NCBI GenBank assembly: GCA_001595915.1
Contig: LSSG01000053.1
Span: forward strand, 69,416-131,306
From: Thermoplasmatales archaeon SG8-52-3
GTDB taxonomy: Archaea > Thermoplasmatota > E2 > DHVEG-1
Length of the DNA: 61,891 bases
Direction of reading: 5' to 3'
Part shown: positions 46,024 through 54,443 of the stretch, piece by piece
Numbering within the stretch: the stretch's first letter is position 1
Layout of the letters: each line of letters starts with the position of its first letter
Position numbers and translations under genes: made by a program
The notes under the pieces: generated by a model
Told to the model about the DNA's origin: nothing
The model's database searches: none
What the model saw: the letters and a program-made list of their open reading frames with translations, nothing else

Positions 46024-48117
46024 ATGAAAATAAAAATTCATATGTTTTTAACAGTGATATTAATCTGCATTGGACTAATTGTAACAAATACGACCAGTAG
46101 TTTTAATTTCAAATCTAAAAAAAATATCGATGAAGAAGTAATTTCTGTATTAGTTTATCTAAAAGATCAAGTTGACCTAGATTCTATTAACATTAAAATG
46201 AATAAACAGAAAGCATCTCTTAGAGAGCGTCATGAGACGATTGTTTTAGCACTTCAAAATACTGCATCTGCTTCTCAAGCTCAACTACTTAAATATTTAT
46301 TTGAGTTGCAGGACCAAGATATTGTTAAAGAAGTTCAATGTTTTTGGATTGGCAACATTATTCGAGTTGATACCTATCAAAGTATGATCGATAAAATCGC
46401 TAAAAGAGATGATGTCTATAAGATATATCCTAATTATCAGATTGATTTAATCAAACCCCGCAAGGAAAACAATGAAATTAAGCTAAGTAATCGAAGTGAT
46501 ATTGAACCTGGTGTTGTAGCTGTTAGGGCTCCAGAGGTTTGGGAGGAATTTAATATAACTGGTGAAGGTGTACTTGTGGCAACAATTGATAGTGGAGTTG
46601 ATGGTGATCATCCCGCACTTGCTGGTAGATGGGCTGGAATAGCTGATCCTAGATATGAAGGTCATCCTGAGTGGGCATGGTTTGATCCATATGCTTATCA
46701 AAATGATTTTCCATATGATCTTAATGGTCATGGTACCCATACTATGGGTATTGTTTGTGGTGGTTCTCCTGGTGATCAAATTGGTGTTGCACCCGGTGCT
46801 TTATGGATATCTGCTGGGCTTATTCAAACACAGGATATTCCTCAATTTGTTTCAGATGCAATTGAATCATTTGAATGGTTGATTGATCCTGATGGAAATC
46901 CTGAGACTAATTGGGATGTTCCAGATGTTTGTTCAAATTCGTGGGGATTATATGAGCCACTTGGTTATCCTCAATGTGACGAAACATTTTGGACTTTCCT
47001 TGATGCTTGTGAATCAGCAGGAATTGTGATAATATTTATTGCTGGAAATGAGGCCTATAGTGGTTTACGTAGCCCTGCTGACAGAGCTATTGATGATTAT
47101 CGCACTTTTTCAGTTGGAGCAGTTGATGCAAATGATCCTGACTGGCCAGTTTGGATTTGGTCGTCTAGAGGTCCCACATATTGTACTCCAAATGGTAGCG
47201 AAGCAATTAAACCAGATATTGCAGCACCTGGAGTAAATATACGTTCATCGATACCTGGAGGTAGTTATGAATCTTATTCTGGTACTTCAATGGCTGCACC
47301 ACATGTTAATGGTGTTGTAGCATTAATGCGTGAAGTTAATCCAAATATTAGTGTAAAATCAATAAAAGAAATAATTTATCAAACAGCCTTTGACCTAGGT
47401 GACTTGGGTGAGGATAACGATTATGGTTGGGGGATGATTGATGCTTATGAAGCAGTTTTAATTATAGGTCAATCGCCTACAATACCTGAATTAACTGGCC
47501 CAACAAGTGGAAAGCCTGGGGAATCTTTGGAATTTTTATTAAATTCGACAGATCCAGATGGAGATGATATATATTATTTCGTTGACTGGGATGATGATAC
47601 ATCAAGTGAATGGATTGGTCCGTATTCATCTGGTGAAGAGGTAAATGTGAGTCATATCTGGGAAAATCCTGATACATATGAAATCAAGGCAAAATCAATG
47701 GATTTTACCTATGCTGAAAGTGACTGGTCAGAGCCGTTAATAATTAATATCACAACTAAGTCACCAGATCCACCTAGAATTAATGGTCCAACAAGAGGAA
47801 AAAAAGGGGTGTTTTATAATTTTACATTCAACTCTGTAGACCCAGATGGTAATGATGTATATTACTATATTATATGGGGAGATGGCTCTGAAAAAGAATG
47901 GGATGGTCCACATCCTTCTGGTGTAGATTTCGTTATTTCTCATTCCTTTCCAACAATTAAAACATTTACTATTGAAGCAAAGGCTAAAGATATTTCTAAT
48001 GCCGAAAGTAATTGGTCTAGTTTTGATATAACTATTCCACGAACAAGAACAACATCGTATCTATGGTTTCTGGAGCTTTTCCCATTGCTGGAAAGACTTC
48101 TGAACATAATTTTTTAA
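46024..48117 (+). CDS. Secreted S8 subtilase with prodomain, two PKD-like domains and IPR tail
   Basis: TIDSGVD, GHGTHTMG, SGTSMAAP triad; ends [24 protein letters not shown]. Confidence 0.92.
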   Translation: MKIKIHMFLTVILICIGLIVTNTTSSFNFKSKKNIDEEVISVLVYLKDQVDLDSINIKMNKQKASLRERHETIVLALQNTASASQAQLLKYLFELQDQDIVKEVQCFWIGNIIRVDTYQSMIDKIAKRDDVYKIYPNYQIDLIKPRKENNEIKLSNRSDIEPGVVAVRAPEVWEEFNITGEGVLVATIDSGVDGDHPALAGRWAGIADPRYEGHPEWAWFDPYAYQNDFPYDLNGHGTHTMGIVCGGSPGDQIGVAPGALWISAGLIQTQDIPQFVSDAIESFEWLIDPDGNPETNWDVPDVCSNSWGLYEPLGYPQCDETFWTFLDACESAGIVIIFIAGNEAYSGLRSPADRAIDDYRTFSVGAVDANDPDWPVWIWSSRGPTYCTPNGSEAIKPDIAAPGVNIRSSIPGGSYESYSGTSMAAPHVNGVVALMREVNPNISVKSIKEIIYQTAFDLGDLGEDNDYGWGMIDAYEAVLIIGQSPTIPELTGPTSGKPGESLEFLLNSTDPDGDDIYYFVDWDDDTSSEWIGPYSSGEEVNVSHIWENPDTYEIKAKSMDFTYAESDWSEPLIINITTKSPDPPRINGPTRGKKGVFYNFTFNSVDPDGNDVYYYIIWGDGSEKEWDGPHPSGVDFVISHSFPTIKTFTIEAKAKDISNAESNWSSFDITIPRTRTTSYLWFLELFPLLERLLNIIF

Positions 48118-48207
48118 AAATTAATATTATATAAAATATGGGTTCGAGGCCGCCTCATGAATTCTGCAATTTTTTGACATTTTAACAGGAGAAAAAACCC
48201 TCCCTGA

Positions 48208-48326
48208 CGCCGCCTACCGGACTCGAACCGGTGACCGCTCGGTTACTGCAGAAAATTTAAATTTCCTTTAACAGCCGAGTGCTCCACCAACTGAGCTAAG
48301 TGCTCCACCAACTGAGCTAAGGCGGC
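48208..48326 (-). tRNA. tRNA-Asn(GUU) with 25-nt intron at 37/38 (48244..48268) and a 21-nt D-arm duplication
   Basis: Acceptor GCCGCCT/AGGCGGC, discriminator G, anticodon arm CTCGG-CT-GTT-A..A-CCGAG, T-loop TTCGAGT, canonical BHB (CUGU/GCAG helix, two 3-nt bulges). No encoded CCA. Confidence 0.9.
48279..48320 (+). repeat. Perfect 21-bp tandem duplication inside the tRNA
   Basis: GTGCTCCACCAACTGAGCTAA x2. Confidence 0.95.
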
Positions 48327-48369
48327 AAATAGAAAACCTGAATAGAGTACCGTTTTAAAATATTACGTT

Positions 48370-48912
48370 TTATAAACCATATTTTTGCTGCATTCTTAGT
48401 TCCTTTATTTGACTTTCTACAAATCTATATACAGTCGCATGCTTACTACCAGTTATAAGCATATCAATAGATTTTTTTAAAATGTTCATTTTGAATATAT
48501 CTGAAATAACAGATATTGTATGACCATAAATAGATATCCTTGAATCAGTAAGTTCCTCCAGTACTCTTTTTGTTTTGCCTTCTCTACCAATTATTCTACT
48601 CTTTAGTCTTCTTATATGAGCTGGTTTTTTCCCTACATAATCATGAAGGTCGAAAATAAAAAAATCACTGTCATCATCAAAAAGCCTATATGCATTTTGT
48701 GGTGAAAAACCTCTACCAATTGCTCTTACTATATTATCAACTTTTATTGCTATTAATGGATTTTCAATCTTATGGTCATCAATAATTACTTCACCAAGCT
48801 TTGAATCAATTTCAATTTTAACTCCTGTTCTTTCCTCTATTTCGTTTTTTGTTTCTCCATTATGGCCAATCAAAATAGCAACTCTTTCCATAGGTATTCT
48901 TAAATATTTCAT
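48370..48912 (-). CDS. KH-domain pre-rRNA processing protein (Dim2/Pno1/Krr1-like)
   Basis: RVAILIGHNG, AIGRGFSP, RIIGREGKT..G.KH..VY motifs. Confidence 0.92.
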   Translation of the reverse strand: MKYLRIPMERVAILIGHNGETKNEIEERTGVKIEIDSKLGEVIIDDHKIENPLIAIKVDNIVRAIGRGFSPQNAYRLFDDDSDFFIFDLHDYVGKKPAHIRRLKSRIIGREGKTKRVLEELTDSRISIYGHTISVISDIFKMNILKKSIDMLITGSKHATVYRFVESQIKELRMQQKYGL

Positions 48913-48920
48913 TTACACCA

Positions 48921-49700
48921 CTACATATTTGTAATTTTTTGAAATATTTTGTTCTCATCAGCTATTATATTTAACTTTTTAAAATAACTAACAATATTAT
49001 GAATATCTCTTCTTAGAAATTCCTTTGAGTTTGGATGTTCAGTTAGAACTCCTTGTCCAAAATCAATAATATATGGTTTATTTTTATGCATTAATACATT
49101 ATAAGCACTAATATCTCCATGAACCAGGTCTGCTTTTTTATACATCTTTGAAATAGATTCAATAATTATGTTAAATATCTTTTTTGGATCTTTTAATTTA
49201 ACATCTTTCATAAGAGGAGCAGCCATATTTGCTGACCCAAGATATTCCATAACTAAAACATTATTTATTGTTTTTATTGGTTTTGGGACATTTATTTTTA
49301 TCTCATTTGCCCTTTGTAGATTCTTGTATTCCTTTTTTGTCCAAGTATAAATAATATCTCTTCTGTTTTTTGACAATGACTTAAATCGTGGGTCACCAAT
49401 AATATAACTTGATATATGTTTAAAGGTTAAAGTTGTAACACGATAAACTTTAATTGCAACTAGTTTTTTTTCAGGGGTAACTGCCCTAAAAACATTTCCT
49501 TCTTTACCTGTTGAAATTGGAAAGTCAAGAATATCTATTACTCTATCAGAAATTAATTTTTCAAAGGTATTAAGTGTAGATTTATCAAAAACCTCATCTT
49601 GGGTTTTTCTATCAATACCAATTCTACTGATTATTGATTCCAATTCTCTATCAAGTTTTTTAAGACTTTTATTATCTAAAAATTTATCAGAAGACATCAA
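48921..49700 (-). CDS. rio1: RIO1 family Ser/Thr kinase
   Basis: STGKEGNVF, VHGDISAYN, IIDFGQ motifs; in the aIF1A-RIO1-Dim2 cluster. Confidence 0.93.
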   Translation of the reverse strand: MMSSDKFLDNKSLKKLDRELESIISRIGIDRKTQDEVFDKSTLNTFEKLISDRVIDILDFPISTGKEGNVFRAVTPEKKLVAIKVYRVTTLTFKHISSYIIGDPRFKSLSKNRRDIIYTWTKKEYKNLQRANEIKINVPKPIKTINNVLVMEYLGSANMAAPLMKDVKLKDPKKIFNIIIESISKMYKKADLVHGDISAYNVLMHKNKPYIIDFGQGVLTEHPNSKEFLRRDIHNIVSYFKKLNIIADENKIFQKITNM

Positions 49701-50058
49701 TTTCCTCTGGTAATAATTTTCTTCTACTAAGTACTATTGCCTGAGTTCGTCTATATCTAAAAATAATATCTGCTTTATCATTTTGAATATCCCAGGGTTT
49801 AATAATTATCAAGTCACCGGCCCTTACCCTTTGTTTTCTTTTCATTCTACCAGGTATACGAGCCATTCTGGATTTGCCATCGGCACAAACAACGTTTATT
49901 CTTGAACCGCCCATTAACCTCTCAGCTATTGCAAACATCTCGTTTTTATCTCTTTTTGGCAATGGAAGTCTAATATACTCTTCGTCAGGACCTTCTTGAT
50001 ACACCAAATCACAATCTCTTAACCTGTACACTGATATAAGGTTATAAACTTTTACCAA
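49687..50058 (-). CDS. eif1a: Translation initiation factor aIF-1A
   Basis: LMGGSRINVVCADGKSRMARIPG..GDLIII.PW..KADI..RY. True start is probably TTG 50007 or GTG 50004. Confidence 0.93.
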   Translation of the reverse strand: MVKVYNLISVYRLRDCDLVYQEGPDEEYIRLPLPKRDKNEMFAIAERLMGGSRINVVCADGKSRMARIPGRMKRKQRVRAGDLIIIKPWDIQNDKADIIFRYRRTQAIVLSRRKLLPEEIDVF

Positions 50059-50067
50059 AAATAAAAC

Positions 50068-50622
50068 CTATAAATCTAATTTATCAGATATTGGTCTTAA
50101 AGTAATAAGAGCTAGATTAAAGTAATTTTTCAAATTTAATCCCACATCCTCACATAGTTTTATCTTATTTCTATTAGATTTTGTAGCAAAATTTTGATCA
50201 TTGAATTTAGCTAAAAGTGTATCTATATCCACCTCAGAAAGATGGTGCGATGGCATTGATTGAACAACTGTAACAATAAATCCTGCGAGCTCTGAAGTTG
50301 AAATAAGTGATTTATCCAATGACGAAATAGGAATATAATCAGTATGCATGTAATTATTTGCCTTTATTGCATTTATACTATTTTCAGGTAATAAATTTTC
50401 AAGTAAATTTGCTGATAGGCTCCCTCTTTTCTCTGGATTATCTTTTGTGTAATCATAATCAAGGTTATGAAGTAGACCAGTAAGGCCCCATAACTCTTCA
50501 TCTTCGCGAAGTATTTTTGCTATATTTCTTAAAAGAAGTTCTGTAATAATAGATTTTTTTAATAGCCTCTCGTCTTTTACATATTTTTTTAAAAGTTTAA
50601 TTGCCTCATCTCTACTCAACAT
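50068..50622 (-). CDS. HDIG-type HD-domain homolog with degenerate metal site
   Basis: DEELWGLTGLLH(N)LDYD frame of the HD family; ligand positions altered. Confidence 0.75.
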   Translation of the reverse strand: MLSRDEAIKLLKKYVKDERLLKKSIITELLLRNIAKILREDEELWGLTGLLHNLDYDYTKDNPEKRGSLSANLLENLLPENSINAIKANNYMHTDYIPISSLDKSLISTSELAGFIVTVVQSMPSHHLSEVDIDTLLAKFNDQNFATKSNRNKIKLCEDVGLNLKNYFNLALITLRPISDKLDL

Positions 50623-50693
50623 TTAATTTTTGTAAGTATCTTTTTAATATTTATATTTTCGTAAGAAAAAAATTAATTAAACTTAAATATTAT

Positions 50694-52274
50694 TTAATCA
50701 GCCCAAGCTCCTTGAAATGATTTTAAATCAAGATTGCTCCAATCGTCATGATCGTTTCTACCACGGGAGCCATCAGAATAATCAACCAACCTATATGTGT
50801 AACCATAATTCATACAACTTTTATAGGCAAGAAATTTCGTCCAATATATCCAGTCTAATATAAAACTATTAAATTGCTGATGACCTCCAGGAATATAGAT
50901 ATTTAATGTATGGCCAAGTTCATGCATATAAACACTTGCGTAAGCTGTATCTCTTCTTTTTTCACCTGGAAATTTATGTTTATCATCTACTCTTTTACTT
51001 GAAATTTGAAAAGCTCCCCAGTATGAATCCTCTGTATCAAAAACAAAACCTGCATATCCACCCCAATATATAACTATTCCATAATGGAAAACTCCTCTTC
51101 TCCAGTTATTTTTTCCTCCATGTAAGAAATAATCTTGGTATATTTGTGGAAGTTCATCTCTATCTAAATCTTCATCAAAAGGTATCCATTCTCCTCCACC
51201 CATACATCCATCATCTATATGTAGAAAAATATTTTGCTTGTCAAATGCATCTCTAAGCATATCCTTTGCGCCTTCTCCTAAATAACTAGCTGGTTCTCCA
51301 TTTGGTCCTGCTTCCATTTGATCAAGTTCAACAAAAATATCCCTTCTAAATGGATCAGTTCCCCATTCAGACATAAGATACTCTTCTATATTATTTAATC
51401 CATCGTTGTCTGGATCTAAATGTTCATGGTCTTCTGCTTCAAATGGATGATAAAACCAATAAAATTCGTAAGTACCTTGATGCCAATTATACCAGATTAG
51501 ATTACCCCATTTATGCTCCCACTCTATAGGAACTCCATCATTATCATCATCTCTTCCGGTATCATCTACCTCAGGATCTGTACCATAAACGTTTACTTCA
51601 GTCCAATAAGGTATTCCATCTCCATCATAATCATTTTGGGTTATATCAAAAAGCACTAAGCAATCTCTATCTCTTTGATACATACTATTATCGTCACATC
51701 CATTCAGTCTTCCATATCCACTAAAATCAGTCCAAGCAGAATCTGGATATATGAAATCATCACCTGTCCAATGTCCAGTTTTTAAATTATATTCTAATTC
51801 TACGTCTCTTTTTGCCCTAAAAATCTCATTATTTTCACTAAGATCGCATAGTTTATCTAATAGAGGGTACTTATCCCATAATTGAATTTTTATCGAAACA
51901 TTTTCAATAGTATCATTAACATCAGCAGTAGCTGACCAACTTTCATTTACATATTTTTGATTGCGCCAAGTTTTACTTTTAAATACCTCATCATTGATGA
52001 AAACTTTTACATAAAAATCTGGTTTACCTAGTATATTTATTTTATCAAGGGCACGTATTTCTTTAATAGTAACAGTAACTTCTAAATCAACAAGTGGGTC
52101 AATATTTTTATCATCTTTATTAGATATTACTAGAAGACCATTATCTATTGAATTTATTAATCTCTTAGTTTCATTTTGTGTAGAATCTATTGATATTTTT
52201 AAAGCTGACACATTAACTGATATTAAAAGGAAACAAACAATAGTTAATAACAATATTTTTTGTTTTATTTTCAT
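50694..52274 (-). CDS. Secreted zinc metallopeptidase-like protein with C2-like domain and Asp-rich Ca-binding repeats
   Basis: Signal peptide; PDFYVKVFI; DYDGDGIP, DDDNDGVP, DPDNDGL repeats; MHELGHTL (HExxH). Confidence 0.72.
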   Translation of the reverse strand: MKIKQKILLLTIVCFLLISVNVSALKISIDSTQNETKRLINSIDNGLLVISNKDDKNIDPLVDLEVTVTIKEIRALDKINILGKPDFYVKVFINDEVFKSKTWRNQKYVNESWSATADVNDTIENVSIKIQLWDKYPLLDKLCDLSENNEIFRAKRDVELEYNLKTGHWTGDDFIYPDSAWTDFSGYGRLNGCDDNSMYQRDRDCLVLFDITQNDYDGDGIPYWTEVNVYGTDPEVDDTGRDDDNDGVPIEWEHKWGNLIWYNWHQGTYEFYWFYHPFEAEDHEHLDPDNDGLNNIEEYLMSEWGTDPFRRDIFVELDQMEAGPNGEPASYLGEGAKDMLRDAFDKQNIFLHIDDGCMGGGEWIPFDEDLDRDELPQIYQDYFLHGGKNNWRRGVFHYGIVIYWGGYAGFVFDTEDSYWGAFQISSKRVDDKHKFPGEKRRDTAYASVYMHELGHTLNIYIPGGHQQFNSFILDWIYWTKFLAYKSCMNYGYTYRLVDYSDGSRGRNDHDDWSNLDLKSFQGAWAD

Positions 52275-52379
52275 ATTTTTTCACCTTAATTTTTTCTTTA
52301 TTTATTCATATTATTATTTTATATTTAAAATTTGCTAAATTATATTAAATTTTAATTATTTTTTAATTCATTATTTAAG

Positions 52380-52393
52380 TTAACTATCGTTAA
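52380..52393 (-). promoter_or_regulatory. TTAAC-N4-GTTAA palindrome downstream of TATA (minus strand)
   Basis: TTAACTATCGTTAA, preceded on the minus strand by TTTATAAT; upstream of the 52274 gene. Confidence 0.6.
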
Positions 52394-52518
52394 TTAATTT
52401 TTATTATAAAAAATTTTTGTTCAATAAATATAATTTATCAGATATGATTTAATTACCAACTCAATAAAAACCATAACATATAATAGGTTGATTTCAGTTA
52501 CTCAAATTTAGAGGAATT

Positions 52519-53043
52519 ATGATGCTTGTTGAGGAGATAATGACAAGGGATGTTATAACTATTGATAGCAATGAAACAGTTTATAATGCATGTAAAATTT
52601 ATAGTGATATAAAAGTAGGTTCTCTTGTTGTGATGAATAGAGATATGATTGTTGGAATTATAACTGAAAGAGATATAATAGAAAGAGTAATACTACAAAA
52701 GAAAAATCCTACAATTACAAAGATAAGCGAAATAATGACACAAAATATCAAGACAGTACATGCGTTAGCTCCTTTAGAAAAAGCGGTATCAATAATGAAG
52801 GAAAACAAAATAAAAAAATTACCTGTCATATTAAATAATGATATTGTTGGAATTATAACTGAATCAGATGTATCACAAACTATAGAATTCTATTCAGAAA
52901 CACTTGAAGAATTGACAAAATTATACTCTGAAAGTAAAGAAGATATTCAAAAGATAATGGAAAAATGGGGGAATATCATATATAATATAAAAGGATTGAA
53001 AAAATCAGTTAAATCAAAAGAAATTGAAGTAATTAAAAAATAA
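52519..53043 (+). CDS. CBS-pair protein
   Basis: VEEIMT..VGIITERDI..IMT..LPV..VGIITESD. Confidence 0.9.
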   Translation: MMLVEEIMTRDVITIDSNETVYNACKIYSDIKVGSLVVMNRDMIVGIITERDIIERVILQKKNPTITKISEIMTQNIKTVHALAPLEKAVSIMKENKIKKLPVILNNDIVGIITESDVSQTIEFYSETLEELTKLYSESKEDIQKIMEKWGNIIYNIKGLKKSVKSKEIEVIKK

Positions 53044-53093
53044 TGAGCGATAGTTTTTAATGTATCTTTTTATATCCTAAAAAAGAATTTAAT

Positions 53094-54431
53094 ATGGTAC
53101 TTGATGATCTTGGTGATTCCCTAAGAGGGACACTTAAAAAAATTGCAAATGCTGTTCATGTAGATTCAAAACTAATCAAAGAAGTAGTAAGAGATATTCA
53201 GAGAGCTCTTTTACAAGCAGATGTCAATGTTAAACTTGTTTTAGACCTTACAAAAAAAATTGAAAAAAGAGCCCTTGAAGAAAAACCTCCAGCTGGAATG
53301 AGTAATAGAGAGCATGTTATTCGTATTGTCTATGATGAACTTGTAAATATTTTGGGAGATTCTAGGGAGCTCCCAATAAAAAAACAGATAATTATGATGG
53401 TTGGTCTATATGGTCAAGGAAAAACAACAACATGTGGTAAATTAGCAACTTTTTTTAAGAAAAAAGGTCTAAGACCTGTTTTAATTGCTGGAGATGTACA
53501 CCGACCGGCAGCATACGAACAATTAAAACAGATATCAGAACAAGTTAAGGTACCATTTTATGGTGACAAATCTGAAAAAGACGCAGTAAAAGTTGTTAAA
53601 GAAGGTCTTAATAAATTCAAAAGAGTTAGTGATGTTATAATAGTTGATACTTCAGGTAGACATAAACTTGAAAATAACCTTATTTCAGAAATGAAAGATA
53701 TATTTAAAGCAACAAAACCAGATGAAAAATTGCTTGTAATAGATGCTGCTACTGGTCAACAAGCTGGACCCCAAGCAAAAGCATTTAATGACGCTGTAAA
53801 AATAACAGGGATTGTTCTTACAAAACTTGATGGTACTGCAAAGGGTGGCGGAGCACTTAGTGCTGCAGCAGAAGTGGGTGCACCTATTGTGTTTATTGGT
53901 ACTGGTGAACATTCTACTGATTTTGAAAAATTCGAACCAGCTGGATTTATTTCACGTTTACTTGGTATGGGTGATATCAAATCCTTACTCGAAAAAGCCG
54001 AAGAAAGTCTAAAGGGTAAAGATGCGGAAAAAACAGCAAGACGGATTATGTCAGGTAAATTTACTCTTCATGATATGTATGATCAAATGGATATGCTATC
54101 TGGGATGGGATCGCTAAGAAAAGTTGCAGAGATGTTACCTGGCGGTTTTCCAGGTAGAGCAAAAGTCAAAAAAGAAGATATGGACAATACTGAAAATAAG
54201 CTTCAAAAATTCCGTGTAATAATGGATTCAATGACTGATGAGGAGATGAATGATCCCACAATTGTTCGTGCTTCTCGTATAAAACGAATTGCTAGAGGAT
54301 CAGGTGTTGAAAATAGAGATGTAAAGGAGTTGATCAAATATTATAACATGACTAAAAGGATGATGAAAGGATTTTCAGGAAATCGGAAAATGAGAAAAAA
54401 CCTAATGAAGCAACTACAATTTGGTAAGTAA
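53094..54431 (+). CDS. ffh: Signal recognition particle protein SRP54
   Basis: GLYGQGKTTT, DTSGRH, TKLDGTAKGGG, Met-rich M domain. Confidence 0.97.
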   Translation: MVLDDLGDSLRGTLKKIANAVHVDSKLIKEVVRDIQRALLQADVNVKLVLDLTKKIEKRALEEKPPAGMSNREHVIRIVYDELVNILGDSRELPIKKQIIMMVGLYGQGKTTTCGKLATFFKKKGLRPVLIAGDVHRPAAYEQLKQISEQVKVPFYGDKSEKDAVKVVKEGLNKFKRVSDVIIVDTSGRHKLENNLISEMKDIFKATKPDEKLLVIDAATGQQAGPQAKAFNDAVKITGIVLTKLDGTAKGGGALSAAAEVGAPIVFIGTGEHSTDFEKFEPAGFISRLLGMGDIKSLLEKAEESLKGKDAEKTARRIMSGKFTLHDMYDQMDMLSGMGSLRKVAEMLPGGFPGRAKVKKEDMDNTENKLQKFRVIMDSMTDEEMNDPTIVRASRIKRIARGSGVENRDVKELIKYYNMTKRMMKGFSGNRKMRKNLMKQLQFGK

Positions 54432-54443
54432 AATATTTTTTAT

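Noticed and set aside
50008-50058. N-terminal extension of aIF-1A in the ORF track
   Set aside because: Not aIF-1A-like; a TTG/GTG start at 50007/50004 follows a GTGA RBS-like element.
12684-54431. SRP RNA expected with srp19 and SRP54
   Set aside because: No about 300-nt GC-rich structured region is present in the window.
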